Below, one piece after another: positions 11,182 through 20,917 of a stretch of 32,000 bases of DNA. The notes under the pieces are model-generated. The model had not been told where the DNA came from and did not search any database. It saw nothing but the letters and a program-made list of their open reading frames with translations. The stretch lies in assembly GCA_049315825.1 (NCBI GenBank), contig JBMOJK010000003.1, forward strand, positions 20,652-52,651, read 5' to 3'. Positions within the stretch are counted from its first letter, which is position 1, and the number at the start of each line of letters is the position of its first letter. A program made the translations under genes and the position numbers. This DNA comes from Patescibacteria group bacterium (lineage in GTDB: Bacteria > Patescibacteriota > Gracilibacteria > BD1-5 > UBA2023).

Positions 11182-11310
11182 AGAGGAAAATTATTTCTAC
11201 GAGTATATCTATGGCACTCGAAAGCAGAAAAAAATCCGAAATTACCTATGTTCAATTATTAACAAAAGTGAATTCTCACAGATGATTTTTAAATATAGTT
11301 TGACCTTACC

Positions 11311-11319
11311 GGGGGGGGG
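11311..11319. repeat. G9 homopolymer tract in a divergent intergenic region
   Basis: Nine consecutive G between a TTGACC (11300-11305) and a TATAGT (11327-11332). It is the only long G/C homopolymer I saw in the window. Confidence 0.9.
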
Positions 11320-11387
11320 TAATGATTATAGTGCGGCCACTTTCAGAAGCGCTCTTGAAACGAAATCAAATCACATAAGGAATTCCT

Positions 11388-11744
11388 ATGGAAAACAAAT
11401 CATTTTACCATGCAGGTATTGTGGTCGGATGTATATCACTCATTCTTGGGTGGTTCTATTTAAATACAGAAACACCAGAGACTTTTGCATCCCCACAAGA
11501 AACAAACACACAGTCGAAATCAGTAATAACTATCCCACTAAAGCAATCATCATCTCAGGCAATATGGGGGAAATCTCCTTTTGAAGTCGGTTATGAAGAT
11601 GTAGAAATTGCTGCTGATTCTACGAAGAAATCCCCCGCTAAGCCAAATCTCATCTGGCCAAAGCAGACTTTCACTCTGAAAGACGGGAGAACTCTGACAT
11701 ACGAGTTCGGAAAAGGAAATCCAACTGAGGTTGCAATGCTGTAG
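11388..11744 (+). CDS. small membrane-anchored hypothetical protein (118 aa)
   Basis: Intact ORF. AAGGA lies 8 nt upstream. One N-terminal hydrophobic helix (AGIVVGCISLILGWFYL). Confidence 0.55.
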   Translation: MENKSFYHAGIVVGCISLILGWFYLNTETPETFASPQETNTQSKSVITIPLKQSSSQAIWGKSPFEVGYEDVEIAADSTKKSPAKPNLIWPKQTFTLKDGRTLTYEFGKGNPTEVAML

Positions 11745-11830
11745 GCAACTACAACATAGTCGATATTAACTGATCAACTAGCAACAATCATTACTTCAGT
11801 TTTATTTAGAAATACCGAGTAATGAACACA

Positions 11831-11862
11831 AAAAAACCCACCATCGTACGATGGTGGGTTTT
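11831..11862. terminator. bidirectional rho-independent terminator
   Basis: Perfect palindrome ACCCACCATCG-TA-CGATGGTGGGT flanked by an A-run and a T-run, between convergent genes. Confidence 0.8.
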
Positions 11863-11871
11863 ATCTATAGG

Positions 11872-13074
11872 CTAGTTGTAATTCACGTAAGTATTTACTG
11901 TGAGTGAGTTATTGTTCTCATCGCGCTCTCGAACTGCATTGATCGTGTCTACGACCGCACGAGTTGTGTAGTATCCGCTGTAGTACATATTGAGGAGATT
12001 GAACTGTACGTAAACATCCTGACATGTATCTCCAGCAAGACTCATCGTAACATTTACGCTGCGAGTTGTATTAGCTGCCGTGAGTTCCACATTGGTTGTT
12101 GTTCCTGAGAACATAGACGCTCCACGGTTACAGATGTTCACAACGAATTCGCGAGATGATCCATTCTGCTTAATGTTGTTTACCACGAGATCAGGTCGGC
12201 TTGAGTAGTCGTTGTTGTAGCAGTTGCTATTGTTGTATCCACAGTTGCAGTTGTTGCCAGTGCAGTAGTAGTATCCATTACAGTTGTTACCATTACAGTT
12301 GTTGTAGTAATTTCCGTAACAATTATTGTAGTAATAGTCGTAGTTATAGTTTCCATTTGAGCCATTTACATAGTCAAATGTGTTATACGTGTTTGTTCGA
12401 TAGTATTCATTTCGGGTAGGACATGGAACATAGTTTCCATTTGAGCCATAATACCAGCCGTTGTCTCGATATATATAGATTACATTCCCAGCGTTACTTG
12501 TTTGACCGTAGAATGGCCCTGAAGGACTAAAGTTGATAGGATCAGTATTGGAAGTGCTCGTAGAAGTATAGTTCGTATTGGTTGGCTTGTACCAAGTAGT
12601 AGCCGAATTTGAATTATTCCAAAGATCACGTGAAGGATTTGTAGAAACTACCTCTCCATCGGTCATTGCAACCGAAGGCTTGAGAACATACTGATTGTTG
12701 TCTGTTACCATTTCACGACGATTTCCATCCCATCGGATCGTTGTGGTGATGTTGTAGTTGCGCTCGTATGGTTTCCCAAAAGTTCCAGCTGAAGAAATCT
12801 CAAATGTCTGACATCGACCTGCCTGTATAGAAACACCGGAGATTGTGCGCTCGATAGATTTTGCTGATGTACCGCGGGCATTGAGCACGATACTTCCGAT
12901 CCCATTGGAAGTATCTCCACGATTACAAACTACCATTGTGAAAGTTCGTGCGCTTTTCTGAACAAATGAAGTGAGTTCAAGATCAGGTACTCCGTCATAG
13001 AGTGCATTAAATCCTGCGGATGCACTAGAAACGGTTGCACCGAGCGCGAGGAGAGCGAGCATGATACGTCGCAT
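11872..13074 (-). CDS. secreted protein with two CARDB-like domains and an Asn/Tyr/Cys-rich linker
   Basis: Start reassigned to ATG 13074 (MRRIMLALLALGATVSSASA signal peptide). Both halves show the CARDB-type pattern PDL..., CNRG..., ...D..N.V.E.DENNN. There is no in-frame TGA. Confidence 0.6.
   Translation of the reverse strand: MRRIMLALLALGATVSSASAGFNALYDGVPDLELTSFVQKSARTFTMVVCNRGDTSNGIGSIVLNARGTSAKSIERTISGVSIQAGRCQTFEISSAGTFGKPYERNYNITTTIRWDGNRREMVTDNNQYVLKPSVAMTDGEVVSTNPSRDLWNNSNSATTWYKPTNTNYTSTSTSNTDPINFSPSGPFYGQTSNAGNVIYIYRDNGWYYGSNGNYVPCPTRNEYYRTNTYNTFDYVNGSNGNYNYDYYYNNCYGNYYNNCNGNNCNGYYYCTGNNCNCGYNNSNCYNNDYSSRPDLVVNNIKQNGSSREFVVNICNRGASMFSGTTTNVELTAANTTRSVNVTMSLAGDTCQDVYVQFNLLNMYYSGYYTTRAVVDTINAVRERDENNNSLTVNTYVNYN
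12199..12366 (-). repeat. low-complexity coding repeat (N/Y/C/G-rich)
   Basis: Encodes GSNGNYNYDYYYNNCYGNYYNNCNGNNCNGYYYCTGNNCNCGYNNSNCYNNDYS. The DNA is built from GTTGTT/GTAGTA/GCAGTT-type units. Confidence 0.8.
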
Positions 13075-13274
13075 ATTTTGACAAGTTATGATTACAATGT
13101 CCACTATATTAAATGGTGGGAATTGTCAAGGAGAAACTTACGCATTAAATTCAATGTATTTTATCTTTTTGCATTTTCTAAAAATCCCAATAAAAGGGAT
13201 ACATAGACAAATACTAAAAAATATATTTAGTTTATCCTCCTTGTACGCAAAACTCGTACAATAATTCACTTGTT

Positions 13275-16200
13275 ATGATACTCACTCCATCCTCCTATGG
13301 AGAGCAACCTGACGGTTCGATTGTTGATAGATTTGGGAATGTTATGTCACTCGAAGAGCGACTGAAGATTATCGAGACGGTAGAAGGTCTTCCGGCAACT
13401 AGCAAGAAGGATGATATTATGAATATCGTCAACAACAACCCAATCACCATCGTTATCGGCGAAACAGGAAGCGGGAAAACCACCCAAGTTGGTAAGTGGT
13501 TTTTTGATGACAAGAAAAAAACGGTTATCACCCAGCCTCGTGTGCTTGCTGCGATGAGCAACTCTCATCGTGTATCGGATGAAATGCTTGCGATGACATG
13601 AGATCCGTATTACTCCATTGGAGATGGTGTTGGGTATCGTACTGGAAAATGAGTAAGTTCACTTCATGCTTCACCACTTTCATTTCATACAGATGGAGTA
13701 GAGCTCATGCGTCAAGTGATCTCAAAGATTGTCCCGGATCTACTCATACTCGATGAAGTGCATAATTTCGCACTTCCTACCGAGATATTAGCCATGACTC
13801 AACGCCTCGCAATGCTTCTCAAGCAAAAACGAGAAAGCAAGATTGTAATCATGTCAGCGACGCTTGATCCAGTGATTTTCCAAGAATACTTCAAAGACGT
13901 ATCCACCGATATCCCTGTTGTACAAATCCCGGGGCGCACATTCCCCGTTGAGAAGTATTTTAACAAACGTGACGGGTACATCAGCTCAATCGTTACTCAA
14001 AATACCCAAGGGAACAATGTCCTTGTCTTCGAACCAGGAAAAAAAGAAATCGAACAAGATCATACCACGCTCACCAAACATTTTGCTGCAGATCAGAAAT
14101 ACACTGAAATGTCACACACGATGGGATGGAAGGAACCAATCATCCACGAACTACATGCTGACCTTCCAAAAGAAGATCAAAAAGGCATTACACAAGCCAA
14201 GCAAGATCAGCCCGATGTAACTCTTGCAACCAATGTAGCGGAGGAAAGTATCACAATCGAGCGAATCAACACAGTAGTCGATCTTGGTGAGCATAAAGTG
14301 GTCGACTACAGTAATATGGGCATCCCTGCACTTCGAACACGAAATGCATCGAAAGCAAACTGCCTCCAGCGAGCAGGTCGTGCAGGACGTGTGCGCCCGG
14401 GGACATATATTCGAGTCAATGACACTCCATACGAAGATCTTCCGGACTATCCAGAGGCACCGATGGAAAAGGAAATGCTCGACAAATACATCCTCATCAT
14501 GCTCGAACATGGCGTTGATATCCTCAAGATGGATGATGAAGCTCGTATCGAAGGGAAACAGCTCTTTTTTCATGAATTCGATCGAAAGCTCGTAAACATC
14601 TCGCTCTATCGACTGCACAGCATCGGAGCGATTGATCGAGAACGTAAAATCACAGCGCTCGGTCGTGATCTCATCAAACTTCCACTTGATGTCTACAATG
14701 CACGTGTGCTTTACGAAGGAATCAAGCTCGAATGTGCTGAAGATATGATGTATGCTGCAGCTATTCTTGAGAAAAAAGGATTCGTCTCGAAGAACGGAGC
14801 CTGGAAAGAACTCAAACTCGCTGATCAAGATGAGTCTGACGTACTTGCATTCGTAGATCTTTTTAAGATTATCTCCGCAAGAACCCTCAACAAAGATCAG
14901 ATTCACAAACTCAAGCAGCTCGGTGTGTCTACAGAGGATATTGCTCTATTTCAGGCGCACGATGGAAAATATCGTCTGTTTGAAGTGGTGGATCTCACGG
15001 ATTTTGGCATCAAGACGAAACGAGTAAAAGAGATCAGTGACCTCGTAGAAGATCTCGCTCGCAGACTGACGGATTCCAAGATCGAACTCAAGCCATCAGG
15101 CAATCTCTTTAATAAGAAAGTTGCCCTTGTTACCGGAAGTCTTCATGACGTATATCGCTACGATGGGGATTCTAAAACACTCATAAATACTACTCATAAG
15201 ACTTCGAAGAATCGTCTCGAATTCATCGCTGGTGATATCAGTCTGATCGAAGTTACTCCCAAGAGTATGTATGTAGGACAGCCATTTATCATCGGCGGAA
15301 AGAAGAACCCAGAGACCGGACTCATGTCACCCGACCTTAATCTTGTGACATTCTTAACCGCAGTAGACAGTGGACATATCAAAAGTGCGGTCGAGAGCAC
15401 ACAAAAGCATCTTGCAAAGTTGGCAACGAGCACATGAATCACAAACATCGCACATACCACACCTTCTTCCCAGCCACATTCAATTGTCCAGACTGAAGTA
15501 GCAAAAGGCACGCCAATACGAGAACATGCCCCGGGTACGAGTGATCAGGTAGACCAATTATGAGCACCAGAATCGGGAAATATACCAAGCATTAAAGAAC
15601 TTGAACGCGAAGCTCCAAGTCTCTTCGCGGAAATCTGAAAAGATGTAACTCGGGATACACTTTCTATTGAGAAGGCCATTGCTCACTACGCTGCTGCAAT
15701 GGAAAATGTGAAACTTGAAGAATCACACGTATTTGAGACGCAGGATACTGTGACAAACTACTATCTCAAACACTGCCTCCCTGATTTTCTCATCGGTCAT
15801 AACGAATCAATCCGAAAATTCTTGAGCACAAAAGATCCTGAGTATATCTTCAATTTTCGTGAGCTCCTTGCTCGATTCCTGCTTGATTCCGAGTCATACC
15901 GTATCTCAAAGCAGAGCATCGAGAAAACCGAGAAGAGCTTTCGTCATGATACGAGTATCATGAGTCGGTTCCTCGAGTCTGACAATCCGTTCATCAAGCA
16001 GTTCATCCGAACAGGAAAGGTGCACCTCCCAGCACAGCATACACAAGAACTTCTTCTTCCGCTCACGAGTCATGTTGAGAGTGCAAGTGGGAATGCAACT
16101 CTTACGCTTCAGAAAATCGAATATGCAAAACTTCTCGGTCAGCTGGGACGCGAAAAACGAAACATCGATCTGCAGGACTACAAATCACGCATAACTCGAA

Positions 16201-17048
16201 ACTACATCAGAGGTCTTTCAGATACCTCAGAAGCCTACTGCAACATTGCAGCAATCCATCGTCAGCTCTCTTTTAAAGAAAATAGCGATCTTCAAGTAAT
16301 CACGAAGTCGCTGAAATGAATCGATCGTAAGAAAGGTGCACTTCGAAAATGCCAAAAGCTTCGAGGGTATAAGCTCAATATCCTCGATCATCTTCGTCAG
16401 CTACAAAATTGAGAAAAATGTGACATCGAACTTCTCGAATGACATGCGTTTTCGAAAGAAACTTCTACACGGTTTGTTACAAAATATCTCCCAACGCTCC
16501 GCTATATGCAGTCGGATGACGTGCGTCAGATTACCCGCGGAAAGCGTGCACTTGAAGACTATATCATTCACTTCAAAAGTGAGATAGAAGCACTCGACAC
16601 TATGATCAACGCACTCGTCGATGAAACGGATATTCAACATATTCCAGCAGCTCGGGACATGAAGCGAGCCATCGAGAAGCTCTGCACTGAATTCTTTGAT
16701 ACGGAATACTATCGTCTCATGGTAGCACCTGAGATATTTGGACTTGTTCGAGAATTATTCCGAGACAAACTCGATCGCAATCGAGGCTGCGATGAAATTC
16801 TTGCTCAATTTCTCGAATCAAAAAGCTTTTCGCACAGCAAAGAATACAAGAGCATCTTCCGTGATCTCGAAGCATATACTGACACTCTCTACGTACTTGA
16901 ATCTTACTCAGGCACCATTGCTCAAGAGGTTCGAGAATCTCACGATGAATCCCTCATCAAATCTCGCATCAACGAGCTCAAGGCACATATCACACTCCTC
17001 AAAGCACAAAAGCAAACGATTAGTGAGAATCCCCTACTCCAAGTATAG
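13275..17048 (+). CDS. DEAH/RHA-family ATP-dependent helicase (HrpA-like) with a long uncharacterised C-terminal extension (1257 aa)
   Basis: Track ORFs 13275-13601, 13707-15437, 15699-16319 and 16506-17048 are all in frame 0 with no TAA/TAG between them. They join through eight TGAs (13599, 13650, 15435, 15561, 15636, 16317, 16410, 16440). Motifs: GETGSGKTTQ, DEVH, SAT, QRAGRAGR and an HA2-like LGAID...LPLD. Stop TAG 17046-17048. Confidence 0.8.
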
Positions 17049-17054
17049 ATTCAC

Positions 17055-17088
17055 ATGAAAAAAGACCGACAAATCGGTCTTTTTTCAT
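17055..17088 (+). terminator. rho-independent terminator
   Basis: Perfect 15-bp stem ATGAAAAAAGACCGA / TCGGTCTTTTTTCAT with a CAAA loop, 7 nt after the helicase stop. Confidence 0.8.
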
Positions 17089-17092
17089 GTAT

Positions 17093-17107
17093 TTTTCCGT
17101 TTTTTTC
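17093..17107 (+). repeat. 15-nt intergenic motif TTTTCCGTTTTTTTC, copy 1
   Basis: Exact repeat of 17543-17557. It lies 49 nt upstream of ATG 17156. Confidence 0.7.
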
Positions 17108-17155
17108 GTAATGGGCTGTACTAGCATGTAGGCCTTACTCCTTTATCCAGTCTAT

Positions 17156-17527
17156 ATGGAAGAATCCCTCAAAGAGCAGTATCGCTCAGATATGCTCTCC
17201 GGCATTCAACGTGAAGCGCACAAAGAACTCCAAGATCTCATGCGAATCATCGTACGCAGACATGTACATGAACCAACAGGTTCACAAGATATTTATAAGC
17301 TTTTCTCACAGGTCTTCGACGATGTGTTTCGCGATATTTACGACAAGAAAGTTGATCTTAAGCGCAAAACTCGCCACATGCTCGAAATGCTCTCCATCTC
17401 ACACAATCACAAACCACACGAAGAGCGCATGAAGCTCTATGAAGACATTATTGAAAATAAGACCTACTATCAACGAAAGAAAAAGCCAGAAAACCCTGAA
17501 TTAGAGAAAGAAACTTCGAATTCGTAG
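17156..17527 (+). CDS. hypothetical charged/helical protein (123 aa)
   Basis: Intact ORF ending TAG. No family recognised. Confidence 0.5.
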   Translation: MEESLKEQYRSDMLSGIQREAHKELQDLMRIIVRRHVHEPTGSQDIYKLFSQVFDDVFRDIYDKKVDLKRKTRHMLEMLSISHNHKPHEERMKLYEDIIENKTYYQRKKKPENPELEKETSNS

Positions 17528-17542
17528 AAAAATTTCCGTGAC

Positions 17543-17557
17543 TTTTCCGTTTTTTTC
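17543..17557 (+). repeat. 15-nt intergenic motif TTTTCCGTTTTTTTC, copy 2
   Basis: Exact repeat of 17093-17107. It is preceded by a third TTTCCGT at 17533-17539 and lies 68 nt upstream of ATG 17625. Confidence 0.7.
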
Positions 17558-17567
17558 TTCTTTTAGG

Positions 17568-17603
17568 TGATATACTTGCAAACAAGTTCACAAGCTGTGA
17601 ACT
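17568..17603 (+). promoter_or_regulatory. extended -10 (TGaTATACT, 17568-17576) followed by palindrome AGTTCACA-AGC-TGTGAACT (17585-17603)
   Basis: Read directly. The 8-bp perfect inverted-repeat arms lie just downstream of the -10-like element and 22 nt upstream of ATG 17625. This could be an operator or a 5'-UTR hairpin. Confidence 0.4.
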
Positions 17604-17624
17604 CTATCCTGTCATTTTTCCTCT

Positions 17625-20051
17625 ATGCAGAGCGCAATGCATATATCTACACCATTCCCACCTCGGCCATTCTCACTTCGCGAGACTGCTCTTGAGCTCT
17701 TCGAAGAAGCCCAGTTCAAAAAACGCGGATCGCGTTTTGAGAAATTCAAATCCGATTGGAAACGAGATTCCAAGAAACGTCTTGTTCTCGGACTTACTCT
17801 CGCAGGCTGAGCTATCATCGCAACAGCTACTGGTGCTACTGCGATTGCAGGAGCGATGCTCGCAACCCGTGCAGCCGTTGGAGCGATTGGTGGTTTTCTG
17901 ACAACAGAGGCTCTGTTTGATATCGGGAAATCAAAACTCTCACAAAGTCAGATCACTCAACTACTCAACACTATCGAACGAGCTAATGACTTCAACGAAG
18001 TCCTCAAAACTATTGCTGAAATCGAACAATCCTATGCTTCGGAACATCTAGAATCTGCTTTTCGAGAAGCTCAACGAAAAAAGGTGCGATTCGAAGCTGT
18101 AAAAAAGATATCTGCCGTAACGGTTGCTGCGGTACTCGGAGTGCTGGGTGGATCACACGCAGCAGAAGCTGCAACTGAGTCGGTTTCTCAAAGTGCAACT
18201 CCTATCGTTCCTGTTCCTACTTCTACCTCTGTTTCAGCGAATTTACCTCCTATTGCACCTCACAATCCACCTCCTTCCATGAAAGATATTTTCGCGGATA
18301 TTCGACACGATCATCCAACACAGCGATATGTCACACTCGAACAAAGCATCAGACGTATCGAAGGACTTAAACAAGGGATTGCTCTCGAAGAAAGTGAGAA
18401 ACTCACCACTCTCAACAACGAGATTTCCCGGCTCGTCCATAATCCGAACGGCCACATCGCAACGATAATCGATGAACTTGGATATCGTTCACCAGGAGAA
18501 ACCATAGATCAGGCTGCTCGCAAACTTCAGGAAAAGGATCTTCAAGAAATCCTTGAAAAATACATCGAACAAACCACTCCTACAGCAACACCCACACCCA
18601 CTGACATTATATCCCCAGTTGCACTTCAAAGCACACCTGCATCAAACTCAACAATCGAACTCGACTCCGCAAGACTCACAACAGAAACACCTCAGGATGA
18701 TCTAGAACAAAAAGGCTGGTACCACCATGCATTTGGAAAGATACTCATCGGATGAACTGCCTTATTGAGTGCCTTTGGTATCGGAAGAATGAGTAAAAAA
18801 GACGATACGACTACAGTAACACCAACACAAGAAACTACGACAAATCCCGTAGTGATTCCCCCGATAGTCGAAGAGCCCTCAGAGTCCACGGTAAACACCG
18901 TAGCTCAGCCTCCAGTGACACAGGCTGCTGAAAATGATGCTGCTCAAAATATCGTCGATGACACCCTGCAAACAACCTCAGTACATAATAATACAACCGA
19001 GCATGAACATGCAGCAAATGAGCCTGAAGAAATCTCTATAGAGCAACACGTGCGTGATCTCATGAATACTGGAAAGCACTATCAATGGCTCCTTGATCGC
19101 GAGAAAACACGGGCCAGTAGTGAAAAAGCACATGTATGCTTTAGAGCACCAACGCTTTGAGGGGAGTTTGAGATGAGATTCGAGATCACACACACATCGT
19201 ATCATTTTGCGGTCATCTGGCACGAAGCAGGCATTGGAAGGCATCATGTAGACTCTGGAAAAATAGAATCCTCAACAATCCCACGCGACCTCACAGAGCG
19301 ATCAGTATTCCTACAAGAACTCATCGAAAAGTACTTCTTCGAGATCCTCGACTATCGCGAAGAACAAAAGACGATGGAAATGCGAAGTCTCCATACGGTC
19401 GAGATCACCAAACAAGATCTCAAAGCCATCTACCAGCAACTCGAGCATCCAGAGACCGTAGCACTTGACCATGAGACGGGTGGTTGGTGGTACATGGATA
19501 GTTATCGACTGCACAACGGGAAAATACGGATGATAAATTTGCACAATCCCCCATATGAGCTCATTGATGCATCACCAGTAATATTCAAGGTGAAGTCAAC
19601 CGAGACTGGAATGAAGTACGACCATGTTAGAGAGGTAGACTATATGAAAGCAAACTACTCACACATAGAGACGAAGTGGATGATCGAAAGAAGAGAAGAG
19701 GACTTAGAAGTAACTCCTCGTGCATGGTTCAAAACTGGTATGGTCAGTGGATTTAACTGGCATAAGCATTGCTCAGAAACCCTTCGTCATCCAAGTGGAG
19801 GAGATATCAATGATCCAGCATGTGCAACTCTTGCATTTAATAAATCGAATGTTCAAGCTCATACTTGGGCCATCCTCACTCCGCTCACAGATCCTCACTT
19901 CAGACCAGAATCTCATCAGGTCATCCTGGGGGAACCATGACAACGACGATACGTACTCAGTTATTGGGCACTCAATCGAAATCCACAAAACATTCACGGT
20001 CGATATACCCACCGAGATCTTCGAAAGATCAACGTAGAGGTGGTCGATTAA
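17625..20051 (+). CDS. large membrane protein (808 aa under code 25) with a C-terminal JAMM/MPN+-like domain
   Basis: Track ORFs 17625-17810, 17856-18755, 18765-19160 and 19173-19940 are all in frame 0. They join through TGAs 17808, 18753, 19158 and 19938 and end at TAA 20049-20051. Gly/Ala-rich TM segments surround the first two TGAs. The C-terminal part has ETGGWW (19473-) and HKHCSETLRHPSGGD (19761-19805). An SD-like GAGGGGAG plus ATG 19173 directly follows TGA 19158, so a separate 255-292-aa product cannot be excluded. Confidence 0.55.
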
Positions 20052-20054
20052 TCC

Positions 20055-20122
20055 CCGGCACTTTATGTGCCGGAGGGAGGGTGCTGCGCTATCACTCTCC
20101 CTCCGGTGCAGAAATGCACCGG
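20055..20122 (+). promoter_or_regulatory. three overlapping GC-rich hairpins (structured RNA, complex terminator or leader)
   Basis: H1: CCGGCAC (20055-61) / GTGCCGG (20067-73). H2: CCGGAGGGAG (20070-79) / CTCCCTCCGG (20097-106). H3: CCGGTGCA (20103-10) / TGCACCGG (20115-22). H2 shares its CCGG ends with H1 and H3, so the structures are mutually exclusive. No T-tail follows. Confidence 0.5.
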
Positions 20123-20156
20123 AAGTTCATTAACACTCTCGAAGAAAGGATTTTCC

Positions 20157-20663
20157 ATGCACTCTTTTTGGACTTTGTTTAAAGCAGATTTTCTGGCGGA
20201 GACACTGTCCATGGTGCTCTTTTCTGGAAAACATCCGAGATTTATTGCATTCATATTTCTCTTGTTTGTAGGGATCTATTATGTGATTCGTACATGCCTG
20301 AGGATTTGCATCTTTGTTATCTGTTTACCATTTCGTACGAAACATGCTCGGATCAAACACTCGCTCAATACAACTACTCGCGTAGCTCGTAAATTCGGGG
20401 ATGTTTGTTCTCGTATTAGCTCACACGAGAAGTATCTTCAGATTCAAATAACGGGAGAAAATTGGTCCAATCAGATCAATCACATCCTCTATCGAGTCAA
20501 CAAAGATACTGGTTTGCTTCAGATTTTCATATATCGAAATCATGATTCACTTCAGCTGGATTATGCATTTTTGTTGCATCATGCCGGCCTTCCGTACGGT
20601 TGTGAACTCACTCATGAGTCACTCCCCTTGATCCACCAAAAAATTCGCACCAATCTACTCTAG
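20157..20663 (+). CDS. hypothetical membrane protein (168 aa)
   Basis: ATG 20157 lies inside track ORF 20067-20663, with GAAAGGA 6 nt upstream. Hydrophobic segments include FIAFIFLLFVGIYYVI and ICIFVICL. Stop TAG. Confidence 0.5.
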   Translation: MHSFWTLFKADFLAETLSMVLFSGKHPRFIAFIFLLFVGIYYVIRTCLRICIFVICLPFRTKHARIKHSLNTTTRVARKFGDVCSRISSHEKYLQIQITGENWSNQINHILYRVNKDTGLLQIFIYRNHDSLQLDYAFLLHHAGLPYGCELTHESLPLIHQKIRTNLL

Positions 20664-20671
20664 GGGTTATT

Positions 20672-20917
20672 ATGAAAGCGTTTATTTCTCTTGTTCTCGT
20701 TGGTGGACTTGTTGGCTGCAGTTCTACTCCAGCATACAATCCACCTATTCAAAAACCTATTACTACCATCGAATCTGTACCAGCCCCCAGCAGACCAACA
20801 CCCCCCAATAAATTCGATCTCGAAAAACGCAAAAAACGTCTCGAGCTCATCCGCAAAGCAACGGAGAGATCATGAAAAAGTATATTATTTGGATTTTATG
20901 CTTCATGCCTCTGTTAA
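20672..20917 (+). CDS. small lipoprotein
   Basis: Signal peptide with lipobox LVGC (MKAFISLVLVGGLVGCSS). Track ORF ends at TGA 20873-20875, which forms an ATGA overlap with the next gene. Under code 25 it reads on 14 codons to TAA 20915-20917. Confidence 0.55.

Noticed and set aside
12199-12366. Highly repetitive GTTGTT/GTAGTA DNA that might be taken for a CRISPR-like or tandem-repeat array.
   Set aside because: There is no regular repeat-spacer periodicity. It is in frame inside a signal-peptide-bearing ORF and encodes an N/Y/C-rich linker.
20065-20133. A 22-codon upstream ORF (MCRREGAALSLSLRCRNAPEVH) spanning the triple-hairpin region, which could be a leader peptide.
   Set aside because: It has no SD and no diagnostic codon run, and its existence follows trivially from the GC-rich stems. 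It cannot be supported from sequence alone.
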